A stretch of DNA of 60,554 nucleotides, filler included, from Squatina squatina (GCA_031763465.1; 4 parts of 4 records of this genome joined end to end with filler, not necessarily neighbours in it); one strand, 5' to 3'. Shown: positions 9,924 to 22,869, counted from the first letter of the whole stretch. The notes: a model not told the origin generated them from the sequence alone. Numbers and translations are program-made.

Positions 9924-12900
9924 TTATTCCACCATAAAACTGATTGGCCTTCCATGGGGGAGAAGGTTGCTCCCTCCATATGTATGTTGCGTTGGCCAAA
10001 TGCCTGTAGCTTTGCTGTCTTTGACTTCGGCACAAGATGTAGCTTGCATGGGTACTTGCTGCAGACCAGGCTGGCCTGGGTTGGGGTATAATGTCACACC
10101 TGTTGGGATATAATATAGGGGCTCCATGTGTGCGGACTCTGCGGAGAGACTCCTTTGGATGTACTGTTTATGGTGCTGCGAATCCGCTTTATCATGTGAG
10201 GCGCCTTGTTGGGACAGTAGTTGGCTTTGCATCTCCAGAGGTCTTTGAGAAGACACAGGAGTTCCCACAAATAACCCAGGGTATGGCATATTGGGTAAAT
10301 AAGATGGACCCATAACGCCTGGATTTAACAGGTAAGGGGAGAAAGGCACTTGATATACTCCACCGTAGGGATGCTGAGGCATCATGACTTCCACATACTG
10401 TCCTGTTTCCGGATCCAACAGCATCTTGCGAGAAGGCTGAATTGGAGCATCCACGAAGTAATACTTTCCGGTCTCTGGATCCACAAGCATTTTTCTCTGA
10501 GTTTGAGGGTACTGAAAACAAGGCACGCGAGGGTTGTCTGTGTCTTGAGGAGATTGGGGTACATCACAAGGTGCCTCCACAAAGCTTGATGCCCTTGGAC
10601 CTGGAGCGAAAGGGACCAATTGAGGCTGCGCTTGACCTGGAGAGCCGTAATATGGATTCCGCAGAGAGGTTCCAGGGGACTGCGGCTCCTGGGAAACCTG
10701 ACGAGAAACGGCCTGGTTCTCTTGTCTTTGAGGATCTATCCCCTCCACACTGCGCTGATGCTGAAAGTAAGGGATTGCAGGTGAAGGGTTTGCTTTAAAG
10801 GCGGCACAGTGAGGAGAAGCAGTTGTTTGTCCCAGGTTGGGCACCTGTGCTTTTTGTTCCTGAATAGGAATGGTGAGATAGTTTACACTTTCCAAATATG
10901 CCGATGCCTGTTGTTGAGTGGCTGCTCCAGCAGTGGGCTGCCCTTGAACTGCAGAGGAACACTGTTTGTTCTGCTCCTGGCTNNNNNNNNNNNNNNNNNN
11001 NNNNNNNNNNNNNNNNNNNNNNNNNNNNNNNNNNNNNNNNNNNNNNNNNNNNNNNNNNNNNNNNNNNNNNNNNNNNNNNNNNNNNNNNNNNNNNNNNNNN
11101 NNNNNNNNNNNNNNNNNNNNNNNNNNNNNNNNNNNNNNNNNNNNNNNNNNNNNNNNNNNNNNNNNNNNNNNNNNNNNNNNNNNNNNNNNNNNNNNNNNNN
11201 NNNNNNNNNNNNNNNNNNNNNNNNNNNNNNNNNNNNNNNNNNNNNNNNNNNNNNNNNNNNNNNNNNNNNNNNNNNNNNNNNNNNNNNNNNNNNNNNNNNN
11301 NNNNNNNNNNNNNNNNNNNNNNNNNNNNNNNNNNNNNNACAAAACGTAGCTGTCTTTTATTGGCTGTGACTCTTTTAACATTTTCAATCCAGTCTTCTCT
11401 GAAGCTGGTACCTGTTCAACCTTGCCCCTTTTAACTTGATTCTCCGATTCAGTCTGGCTTTCTTTCTTAGTCTCACTCTTGCAAACGGACAACTTGATGC
11501 TTTCGCTGCTCTGGGTGCAATAATCTTGGAGTTTGTTCCAATTTTCCACTCCAGCTTGGCTCTCATTAATGGCCTTGGGTTTCCCAGACAACAGCTTCTC
11601 TTCATTCGAGTTTATCTTACTCTGACTCTCTAGTCGAACTTGCATATCTTTGACAGTTTCATATTTCCCAGATGGTGATTTGATTGTTTCATTGTTTGAT
11701 GTGGAATTATACGAGAATCTTTTCTCCTTTTGCCACCCAACATTCATCTCATTTTTAGGCTCACCTCTCCCGGGCAACTTGGTCATGTCTCCAGTCTGGG
11801 AGAGTGAACTCCTCATCACTACGGTCCTCTTGTCCAGTCCACGCTGAACCATCCTGAGATCCTCATCCTTCCCCATTGGCGAGTGAATGTCATCATCGTT
11901 AGCAGTAGAATTCCCAAAGGCTTTACTCTTCTGCTCCACCTTGACTTGGCGTTCTCGTCCACCTTCAGCCTTCCCTTTGGTTTCTTCAATCTTTAAAACC
12001 GAATTTTCGGAAATGTTAATTTTACCTCCCGATTTCCTGACTTGACTTTCCTTGTTGAATTCCCCTTTCCCGGTTAAGTCTTGGATGCTCTCGCTGCTTG
12101 ATGAAGGCATCTTTAAAAGTGTCTTCTGATGATCCAACCTGGACTGAACCTTCTTCTCTAGTACATCTTTACCTGATGATATGTTTTCATCGTTTATGTT
12201 GAGAGCTGAAGTACTGAAATATTTGCTCCAATTTTCCACCCTTTTAGGCTCATTCTTTTCCGCCAATGTTTTGGTCTCATTATTCCTTTAAGTTGAAATC
12301 TTTTGGAGTTTACTTTGGTTTTCTGATCTGTCTTGAACCTCTCTTTTAGAATCACTTTTTCCGTGTGTCAAACTCAGATCCTCTCGGAGNNNNNNNNNNN
12401 NNNNNNNNNNNNNNNNNNNNNNNNNNNNNNNNNNNNNNNNNNNNNNNNNNNNNNNNNNNNNNNNNNNNNNNNNNNNNNNNNNNNNNNNNNNNNNNNNNNN
12501 NNNNNNNNNNNNNNNNNNNNNNNNNNNNNNNNNNNNNNNNNNNNNNNNNNNNNNNNNNNNNNNNNNNNNNNNNNNNNNNNNNNNNNNNNNNNNNNNNNNN
12601 NNNNNNNNNNNNNNNNNNNNNNNNNNNNNNNNNNNNNNNNNNNNNNNNNNNNNNNNNNNNNNNNNNNNNNNNNNNNNNNNNNNNNNNNNNNNNNNNNNNN
12701 NNNNNNNNNNNNNNNNNNNNNNNNNNNNNNNNNNNNNNNNNNNNNNNNNNNNNNNNNNNNNNNNNNNNNNNNNNNNNNNNNNNNNNNNNNNNNNNNNNNN
12801 NNNNNNNNNNNNNNNNNNNNNNNNNNNNNNNNNNNNNNNNNNNNNNNNNNNNNNNNNNNNNNNNNNNNNNNNNNNNNNNNNNNNNNNNNNNNNNNNNNNN

Positions 12901-14021
12901 NNNNNNNNNNNNNNNNNNNNNNNNNNNNNNNNNNNNNNNNNNNNNNNNNNNNNNNNNNNNNNNNNNNNNNNNNNNNNNNNNNNNNNNNNNNNNNNNNNNN
13001 NNNNNNNNNNNNNNNNNNNNNNNNNNNNNNNNNNNNNNNNNNNNNNNNNNNNNNNNNNNNNNNNNNNNNNNNNNNNNNNNNNNNNNNNNNNNNNNNNNNN
13101 NNNNNNNNNNNNNNNNNNNNNNNNNNNNNNNNNNNNNNNNNNNNNNNNNNNNNNNNNNNNNNNNNNNNNNNNNNNNAATCTTAGTGCACCATAAGTATTC
13201 TTGACCAGTTTGCGAACATCTCGCACATGATGGATAGGACCTTTGGCTCTCTGTTTTACGGATTCACTCCTGTCAAACTGCGGGTCTTTGATCCTGCACT
13301 CATCAGTCTCAAATTTAAATGAAGCCGGTAGGGTCTGATATTTAGGGTCAAGGGTGATGATCTTACTGCGAGAGCCAATGTTTGGGGCGAGCTGTTCAAC
13401 AGTCCCAAAAGGGTCCACTTGCTTTTCATGCAGGGTTCGGGAAGAAGGTGCCAACTCCGGTGATGGTGGCAACACAATGCTCCTTGATGCATGCTTCGTG
13501 TCTAAAGTGGTGCTCGACTGTTTATAACTCACTTTGTCCTCGTAACCTGTTTGCTTGCTTTCCACCAGGTAGCTGAGCTTCTCTTTGGTGACCTGTGGCA
13601 CACGGTCCCCCGAGCTGGTTTGTGCAGTTAGTTTGTCAGGTTGCAAGTTACCCACATCACTCAGCAAGGGGTGGCATTTATCCCCGCACAGGCCCATGGC
13701 TCTCCCTGACTTCATTCCTTTCTGGTGGTCCGGATTACTTTCCTTCCAGCCCCTCAGGCTGACCTGGCCATCCAAGGGAAGGCCACCGAGCTCACACTTC
13801 AGGGAACCACCGCTGTCCTGGCGCACAATATTCCTCTTCTCATCCGCAGTGTCTGCGCTCAGATCACAGCTTCGCTTTCTGAAACTGACAGCAAGATCTT
13901 CCACCGAGATCTCGCTCTCCGACTTTGCGCTGGAATTTTGCCGCTGGTAAATTCCTTGCGTGGGATACTCGAACTCTTTGAAATTGGCGGAGGAAGGGGT
14001 GGACGGGACGGAGGAGTGGGG
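9924..14021 (-). CDS. Large single-exon DUF4585-family protein (PROB1/C4orf54-like), 5'-truncated, with one in-frame TAA at 12288-12290
   Basis: The C-terminus has QRKMLVDPETGKYYF...RKMLLDPETGQYVEV (DUF4585), and KGPIHHVRDVRKLVKNTY lies upstream. ORFs 9924-12266 and 12288-13904 share a frame that stays open to the gap at 14023. Confidence 0.8.
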
Positions 14022-15786
14022 GTNNNNNNNNNNNNNNNNNNNNNNNNNNNNNNNNNNNNNNNNNNNNNNNNNNNNNNNNNNNNNNNNNNNNNNNNNNNNN
14101 NNNNNNNNNNNNNNNNNNNNNNNATGCTAAATAGACAAGACCAAAACCAGCCCTTCAAATTAACCCGCTTTTTTTCCTCTGATGGAATTTCGTATCTCAT
14201 TGAACAAACTTTATGGTGTATAATTCATTAAAAAAAAACTTTTCTTTAATAAGTTGTCATTAGAAAAAGATACATTCATTGTAAAACTGCTGTGTCCAAC
14301 TGTGTTGGGTTGCAAAGGGGAAGATGTTAAACCATTTTAATTTTTTTTTTAATTACTAGAGTCCCTCTTTGCCAGACGCTCATGAGTTTGAGCTTGAATT
14401 GTTCCATCCATGTGTCTGGATTGCAATCTGCTGAGGGCAGAGTTTGCATCAGTCCCAAACCCACGGAAGGATAGAATAGTGAAGTGCTCCAGTAGGGAAA
14501 AGAAACACAAGCTGTCTCTACAGAGGACAACTGACCAGCAACCCTCTGCAAATGCGTCTCTTGTTGTGGATTGCTAGTGACAGTCAAGGAATAGTTTCTG
14601 GCCTTGACTGTTCTGGAACCCAAGGGCTAAGCGGGAACCCATTTGCGCAGCGGAGGCACACCAATTTTGAGGCAAAACGGAGGCCAAGAAAACATTTCAA
14701 CTGTTCTACAAAGACACTAACTGTACAGAATGAACCTTATGAAATGGTGTAAAAGGACAGCAGCAGTGTAAAAAATAGTTTCATATTTTACTTTGGTGTT
14801 TAAAATGAAGATCAAGCCTCATGGATGCTGTTCACGAGAATGCGCTCAGTGCTACTGCGGCTAGTTCTGTAAGATGCACTGGGCTGCAGTGGTACAGCAT
14901 CACGTCTCACGGGGAAGGAACAGGGACAACATTTCATTATGGACCTACTTCCCAACAGAGGCTGATCCTTCAACTGGCATTGAGGTCCTAGAAAGAAGTA
15001 CACCCTCCACTAGACCAGCCCCCAACCCAAAAACAAAGCAATGGAGGTTGTGCAGATCAAAGTGGCTCTTTCATTCATTTGGGATAATCTGTCTACGAGA
15101 AGCTTGCATCACCCCATATCAAGTGTCCTTGTGAACTCACTTGGAGTGAGCAGTGTATTCCCCATTTATCGAGCAGCGCCCCCAAACTATAGATAGCTGC
15201 ACAGAGTACATCGTTAACAAAAATACCCCAAATTAAATAAATAAACTGTAATAAAAAAATATATATATGCACTATGGCAGTATTTTCAATTGTTAATTGG
15301 CAGGTCTTTAAACTTCAGCTAAGTTGTATATAAATCTCTTAACTTTAAAAAATAATAACCTGGCACTTAATTATATACACTGTATGATGCTGATTATAAT
15401 GGTTTAAAAGTTTAACTGCCTGTGAAAACCAACACAAAGGAACCCACGGCAGCTTTATACCCAAGGTTTGACCAGCCACAAACAAAAAAAGCAGCGACAT
15501 CTGTAAACAAAAGCGAACCAGCGGCTAGTCGTCCCTTCCGACTTGCCACAATTCCCCCCCACCCAACCTGTATAAAGGTGGGGGTCCGCAGGCATTTAAC
15601 GCTGTAAAAAGTATAAAGGAGAGAGAAGATGTTACCGGTTTTAAGAAGCATTGATTCCCACGTCACCAGTGTGACCACAGCCTGCTGTCAGTACAGCCAA
15701 TGCCAAATATAAAATCTATATTTTTTTGGGGGGGGGGGGGGGNNNNNNNNNNNNNNNNNNNNNNNNNNNNNNNNNNNNNNNNNNNN

Positions 15787-15798
15787 TTAATTAATTAA
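15787..15798. other. Artificial scaffold linker TTAATTAATTAA within N-run
   Basis: An identical palindromic all-frame-stop 12-mer sits in N-runs at three places, and gene synteny changes across each. Confidence 0.95.
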
Positions 15799-16868
15799 NN
15801 NNNNNNNNNNNNNNNNNNNNNNNNNNNNNNNNNNNNNNNNNNGAAGTGGCGAGTGCTAGAACAGCCACTTTCCTTTCCTTGGTACAGATCTAGTGCAGGA
15901 CCGGGAACCCTCTGACTTCTAAACGCGAGCTTGGGTTTGCCCACCTTCGGCAGAAGCTCCCAATTAAAACCAAGCTATCCCAAGCTCTGGCGGGATTGGA
16001 AGTGAACTGTTAGCGCTGCACGACTCTTGTGTGACCACCAAAACAAAAACCTAACCAAATTATCACTCTCTACAACCAAACTGTTGAAACCAAACTCTCT
16101 ATCTCTCTCTTCGGCTTATGAAAGTCGGTGGGGGGGGGGGCCTACCTTGCTAGGCCAACAACCAAAACCTCATAGTTCAGGATTCAAAAAAAAAACAAAA
16201 CCGAATAAACTAATCCCTCTGTTCAGCTGTGTGTCTCTGTAAGTGAATGAGAAGTACAGTGCATTTGTTTCACTTGTGAACGGTTAATGTGTAGTATTGG
16301 CGTCAGTGTAAGCAGTCCTGTGCGGCCTGCCGTTCCTTTCTGTTCCGTGAAGCTGTCGTGTTGTGGTTACTGAATTCTTTATTTTTTTTTAAATATTTTT
16401 TTATTTAAGAAGAATTTGTGTATGCAACTGATAAATGGCAACTTGTCCCTGCCAGTTTTTCTGTGTCATTGGCTTGTGCTGCATTTCGATTTAACCACCT
16501 GTTTGGGGTTGTAATCGGGTTGAATTGACTCCTGTCTTCCTGTGTACTCAGGGTCTGTAGGCTGGGCTTGTTGTGAAAGTGTCGGCATAGATCCTTGGCC
16601 ACCCTTTCTCCCCTCCTCCAAATATATTCTCCGTGCTGTTGTGCCATTTAAACTTTTTTATGTCCTACATACCAACTTATTAACTCCTCCAAGGGGTATG
16701 GATTACTGGAGTTCATCTTTCCTCAAACTTTCATTATTTCCTCTTTCCCTTGCACCCCTACCAAAAAANNNNNNNNNNNNNNNNNNNNNNNNNNNNNNNN
16801 NNNNNNNNNNNNNNNNNNNNNNNNNNNNNNNNNNNNNNNNNNNNNNNNNNNNNNNNNNNNNNNNNNNN

Positions 16869-17205
16869 GAGTGGATAGAGAGAGAATGTTTCCACTTGTG
16901 GGGAAGAGCATAACTAGAGGCCATCAATATAAGATAGTCACCAAGCAATCCCATAGGGAACTCAGAAGAAACTTCTTTACACAGAGAGTGGTGAGAATGT
17001 GGAACTCACCACCATAGGGAGTGGTTGAAACGAATAGTATAAATGTATTTGACGGGAGAAGACAAGCGTATGAGGGAAAAGGGAATAGAGGGGTACACTG
17101 ATAGATTTAGATGAGGAAAGATGGGAGGTGGCTCGAGTGGAGCATCAATGCAGGCATGGACTGGTTGGGCCGAATGGCCTGTTTCAGTGCTGTATATCCT
17201 ATGTA
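16869..17205 (+). mobile_element. CR1 LINE 3' fragment
   Basis: AGAAGAAACTTCTTTACACAGAGAGTGGTGAGAATGTGGAACTC...GGGCCGAATGGCCTGTTTC. Homologous to 46270-46680. Confidence 0.8.
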
Positions 17206-20126
17206 AAGAAACAGTTGTGGCTCCAATTCACACAGGTAAAGCTTAGGGTCACTGATCACAAAAAGCACTTGATGAGAGCTAAAACAAAGGGTTTAGAGAT
17301 CAACCCCCAAATCCCATCCATCTGCACTAGGCACCCACCCCCAACACACCCCTGTCATGTATTTTGTTTGGCTCAAAGGCATTAAACACATTATGAAGGA
17401 GTGAACATTTTTGGTAGATACCAATTGGGATCTGTGTCAGTACAGAAGTCAAACAAGGGTTTTCCCCAACACACACTAAACAGAAGGGACAATAGGAATG
17501 TGCAGATTCAAAATACACTACTGTCTGCGCTCATAACCAAGGAGGAACTCTCCAACCAACAGTTACACCAAGATAAAATATATCATCGAATCATAAAGTC
17601 ATACCACACAGAAGGAGGCTATTTAGCCCATTGTGCCTGTGCTGGCTTTCTGAAATAGCTGTCCAATTAGTCCCACTCCCCCTGCTCTCTTTCCCCATAG
17701 CCTTGCAAATGTTTACTTTTCAAGTATGCATCTAATTGGGCAAGCGTTGGCTCATTAATTATACACGATGAGTTCATTTCATTTTCATGACGTTACTAAG
17801 CAAATCAGTGTCATGTCTTGGAAGGGAGTCATCAGAGGTGGGGACTACTGAATACAGGCAAACATAAACTCATCTTTAGTCACATCGGGCTTCACAGGTC
17901 AACTGCACCCCATCTGCATTTTACAATAAATATTTTAGCAATCAAAATACACTGTAGCTATATTTGTCATCGAGTATGCGACTTGTCTAAAGAAAGCGGT
18001 TTGGCAGCGGTTTGAACGATATCCATTGGATCCTGAGGCAACATCAGCCAGGCTTGAGGACGATGCTTGACTGAAGGTCCTTAAGAGTGACGTTGCTTTC
18101 AAAAGCAAAGGGGCTCAGTTGTTGTTGTTCTTGTTGCTAAACAGTGGGGGTTAAATTCCAGGAGGTCAACATTTGTGTCCTTACAAATTTTAGCAAAAAG
18201 TAGGTGTGCATGAAAAGTAATTTAATGTCAGTGGAATATATGAATGGAATATTCCCCTGTGTTTGCACTGACAATCCCTCTCCTTTTTGAAAATATAGTG
18301 AAGAACATTATTGTAAAGTTAGGGAGAAAAGTCTCATGCAACTTCTGAAAAGCGTTNNNNNNNNNNGAAGTATGACTGGTTTTATTCAAGGGAAATGTCA
18401 CCACGCAGCAACAAAAATGTTCAGTACAGAGGTTTTTTTTGTCTATGGATGTAACAAGCATTGCTAGGTGTTTCACAGTGCAGGAGTAGGTGGTCTGGAG
18501 CACAAAAGCATAGCAGTTGCATAATCTGCAGCATGTGCCTGCCAGCAACCCTATAACACACCTAAATAAGAAGTCCTATTTTTCCATCAATATGTAAACA
18601 ATATATGACCCCTGCCAGGAAATAATGCACTCAATTCATGGTTCCCAGATATCTTTGCATTCTGAGGCAATCAAATGTGCAGCATCTCTTTTGAAGGAGG
18701 GGAAAGGATGATGGTGGTTGCAGTCCTAGTGACTGGAAAACATGCATAATGGTGACATGGTTCCTGAAGGGACATGGAAGCATATGTGACAGGTATTGTA
18801 TTAATAGTTTTTTGGTGGGGAGGTACAGGGTAGGGGTTGCAAAATATAGCCTAGAGCATTCATTATACAATATAAAGTTATGAGTTAAGTGAAAGGTTGA
18901 ACATAAACCATGAGAGTGAAACTGAAGCAATTGACAACTGGCACTTGTACCACAAGATTGCATTAGGGGCTTGAAATCATTTGTGTTATTTGTTAAAGTT
19001 AGTAAATTATAATGTTCATTTCTGGAGGTTTGCTTTTGCTTACTTATGATGAGATCCTAACACACGAAAGCCCTTGCCATGCACCTAATGCTGTAGTGGA
19101 AGTACGTAAACAGTCACAGAGTATTAGTGAGCAATAACAGTCAACAAACANNNNNNNNNNNNNNNNNNNNNNNNNNNNNNNNNNNNNNNNNNNNNNNNNN
19201 NNNNNNNNNNNNNNNNNNNNNNNNNNNNNNNNNNNNNNNNNNNNNNNNNNGTGTCTATCTTTGAAGTTGAAGGATCAGATTTGACAGAAACAGCGCAGGC
19301 TAACCGATCACATGGAGGAAGTGTCCCTTCAGAGGAAACAACAAGGAATCTGAGGGTTGCTAAAGTGCCTGGGTACATAAGTTACTGCTGTCACAGCTCC
19401 CTTGGGATTACCCAGACATAAGTTGCGGAAAAGGCTAAGTGAAATTCAGCATTAAAAAGAAATGGCAGGACAGGAAAGGGACAATGATATTACTGACTTA
19501 CCACACAATTCTTCTGTGTCCAAGTTGCTGTTTTAAGGAGAAAATAAAACTGGATTAGGACGATGCCTTTAGCGGTGCTAAAATTATTTTAAAAATCCAA
19601 TTTTTGGGGGGATGGGGAAGCAACCACTTTAAGACTATCACAAAACACAACCAAATTAAATTACGCTATTAATTTAAATGTATACTACTTTTAAAACTGA
19701 ATATCTACTGTAACACTACTACATGATGATGAAACACTTAATTCTAAATATAAGCAAAGGCAATAAACAGGATGACATGATCATCTCCCTCTCAATCATG
19801 AGACAACACTTTTTCACTTANNNNNNNNNNNNNNNNNNNNNNNNNNNNNNNNNNNNNNNNNNNNNNNNNNNNNNNNNNNNNNNNNNNNNNNNNNNNNNNN
19901 NNNNNNNNNNNNNNNNNNNNCCTCAGACGCCCTTAATGGGCACAGGCTGCAATAGATACAGAGCAAGGAATCTTTCTCCTGGAGTGGTCTGTAGAGCAGC
20001 TCAGATGAATCCAGACAATTCCAAGAGGTGGGGTGGGGTAACGTGAGGGAATGGGGAAGTATTCTCGAACGTTCCAGGCGCAGGACACCACACAGACTTG
20101 CGTCTAACTTACCTACAAACGCTCAT

Positions 20127-20377
20127 TCAGAACTCCAAAGGGTGCAGTGGGTCAAAGTCACAGTCAAACAACTCGCTGATCCCCTCGCCTTCGTCCAAAC
20201 CAAAATGGTAGTCCTGAAAGAGCGGGGGAGAGAGGTTGACAAACGTGTCGTCAAACAGGAGCGAGGGAAGGACGTCTTCCGTCTGCTGTAGTAGGGTGGC
20301 AGCCGAGGTCAAAGGTGAAAGGTTAATGTCCACAACACCCGCTAACGGTGAGGATGTATCACTTGCGAGGTGCGTCC
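20127..20377 (-). CDS. E2F1: E2F transcription factor 1, last exon (transactivation/pRB-binding domain)
   Basis: [28 protein letters not shown] matches E2F1 DYHFGLEEGEGIRDLFDCDFGDLTPLDF. TGCAG acceptor. Next to PXMP4, as in human. Confidence 0.92.
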
Positions 20378-21284
20378 CTGCAAACACAAGAGTCAGGTGC
20401 CAGTTAGAAAGTAATGAATGTGATTGGGCCTAACACAGCCCCGCCCCAGCATCCCATAAACACCTACAAGGAGAAATCATCAAGTTTTTTTTAAATGCTG
20501 ACCGTTGCAACGAACCAAAATTAAAATGCAAACTTTAAAAAGGAAACAGACACCTTTACAAGTCAATGCTTGGGGCAAGAGCTGGTCTAAGGCTTGTATT
20601 GCATAGATCCAAAGCATCCCATAATTTGCATAGGTTGGAAATATCACACAAGGCACTATCAGCCTCTTAGCTTCCGAGGCCGCCCTCCTGAGCTATAAAA
20701 AGGTCCTCGGACCACCTGTAAAACAACACAAGTATTCTTTCTGCATAAAAATTAGTTATACAATTGAACATATATACTTATTTCTGAGTGTTACCGAGGC
20801 AGGTCTGTGCTGCAGAAGAACTGGATGTATCGCCAAACGTTACTTCGGTTGGACCATCACAACACATCAGCTTCGATTTTTGTTGCTAAAATTATGCAAA
20901 AATACATGNNNNNNNNNNNNNNNNNNNNNNNNNNNNNNNNNNNNNNNNNNNNNNNNNNNNNNNNNNNNNNNNNNNNNNNNNNNNNNNNNNNNNNNNNNNN
21001 NNNNNNNNCAGGCTCGAAGGGCTGAATGGCCTACTCCTGCTCCTATTTCTTATGTTATGAATGGCAATTGAATGACATGCCACAGCTAACAGAACTGTGT
21101 GGCAGCACAAGACGCCACCTTCAGGAATAGAAGGGTAATTTGGAGGTAATGCAAAAGATATTACAGTTCCCGTACCTCCCAGCAGCCAGTTGCAAAGCAC
21201 AGTTGCCAAGAGGCCCAAGTGCAGGTGGTCCTCCCCACTTCTGCAGATACGAAAAAAAAAATAGAAGATTTTTTTTTCTTTTAC

Positions 21285-21483
21285 CTGGCTGTTGATGTGG
21301 TTGTTGTCTCCAAACACTAACCAGCCCCCCATACAAGCTGCCAAGAACGAGTGGAACTGCGCCTTCTCACCCTGCAGCCAGTGCTGTGCTGCCTGCAGTC
21401 CCTTGTACATGAAGACGAAGATGGCCAGGTTTCGGGAATGAGTGTACGTAGCTTGTGCGATGGCTTTCAGTTTGTCTAATAGA
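21285..21483 (-). CDS. PXMP4: Peroxisomal membrane protein 4 internal exon
   Basis: LLDKLKAIAQATYTHSRNLAIFVFMYKGL...HSFLAACMGGWLVFGDNNHINSQ. AG/GT boundaries, 199 bp. Confidence 0.92.
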
Positions 21484-21762
21484 CTGAACGCATAATAACA
21501 AACATTAGAATTACTGCCAACACATTTTCTCCACCAGCCTCCCCAGCTCTCCCAATTTCCTGCACCCTAATCTATTCCCATCCTAGGATCTGAGCAAAAT
21601 GGTGACAATCCCACGCCTACACCACTTTTCAGTTGGCCGCTGCAGAAGTGACCCTTGCCCTGAATTTCCTGCTCCCTGTGAGTTGTAACTCACATCGGTA
21701 CCGCACCTCAGAACAGGCCAGCAAACACTCCCCACCCATCCCCTGGGGACTTGCACACACAA

Positions 21763-21912
21763 GAACATAAGACCATAAGAAATAGGAGCAGGAGTAGGCC
21801 ACTCGGCCCCTCGAGCCTGCTCCGCCATTCAATAGGATCATGGCTGATCCGACATTCCTCAAGTCCACTTTTCTGCCCTTTCCCCATAACCCTTGATTCC
21901 CTTACTGATTAA
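21763..21912 (-). mobile_element. CR1 LINE 3' end
   Basis: Terminal AAGAACATAAGACCATAAGAAATAGGAGCAGGAG motif shared with other copies in the window. Confidence 0.8.
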
Positions 21913-22012
21913 NNNNNNNNNNNNNNNNNNNNNNNNNNNNNNNNNNNNNNNNNNNNNNNNNNNNNNNNNNNNNNNNNNNNNNNNNNNNNNNNNNNNNNNN
22001 NNNNNNNNNNNN

Positions 22013-22869
22013 TCCCTCTAAACCCTCTCTCACAATTCTTATCTGAGGAGGTCCAGCTAACCCCTCTCTCACACTCCCTATCTGGGAAGGTCCCTCTAAC
22101 CCCTCTCTCACATTTCCTATCTGGGGAGGTCCCTCTTACCCCTCTCTCACACTCCCTATCTGGGGAGATCCCTCTAACCCCTCTCTCACACTCCAATATC
22201 TGGGGAGGCCCCTCCAACCCCTCTCTCACACGCCCTATCTGGGGAGGCCCCTCATTCCCCACCCTCACACTCCCTATCTGGGGAGGTCCCTCTAACCCCT
22301 CCCTCACACCCCTATCTGGGGACATCCCTCTAACCCCTCTCGCACACTCCCTATCTGGTTAGGTCGCTCTAACCCCTCTCTCACATTCCCACATCTGGGG
22401 AGGCCCCTCTAACCCCTCTCTCACACTCCCTATCTGGGGAGATCCCTCTAACCCCTCTCTCAGATGTCCCTATCTAGGGAGGTCCCTCTAATCCCTCTCT
22501 CACACTCTATCTGTGATGGTTACTAACCCCTCTCTTACACTCCCTATCTGGGGAGCTCAGATTAACCCCTCCCTCTCACCCCCTATCGGGGCAGGTCCCT
22601 CTAACCCCTCTCTCACATTCTCTATCTGGGGAGGTCGCTCAAACCCCTCTCTCACATTCCTTATCTGAGGAGCTCCCTCTTACCCCTCTCTCACACTATC
22701 CTATCTGGGGTCGTCCCTCTAACCCCTCTCTCACCCTACCCTATCTGGGGACGTCCCTCTAACCCCTCTCTCACACTCCATTTCAGGGCAGGTCCCTCTA
22801 AACCCTCTCTCACAATTCTTATCTGAGGAGGTCCAGCTAACCCCTCTCTCACACTCCCTATCTGGGAAG
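22013..22869. repeat. 39-bp minisatellite/satellite array
   Basis: About 22 copies of CCCTCTAACCCCTCTCTCACACTCCCTATCTGGGGAGGT. The first and last 77 bp are identical at an offset of 780 bp. Confidence 0.95.

Noticed and set aside
12333-13204. Long ORFs made mostly of X (also 25728-26268 and 53628-54332)
   Set aside because: They are artefacts of translating through N-gaps.
19251-19421. Open + frame VSIFEVEGSDLTETAQ...
   Set aside because: Short, truncated by the gap and unrecognised.
22013-22869. CRISPR-like regularly spaced repeats (also 30196-30478)
   Set aside because: They are head-to-tail monomers with no unique spacers and no cas genes, in a vertebrate context.
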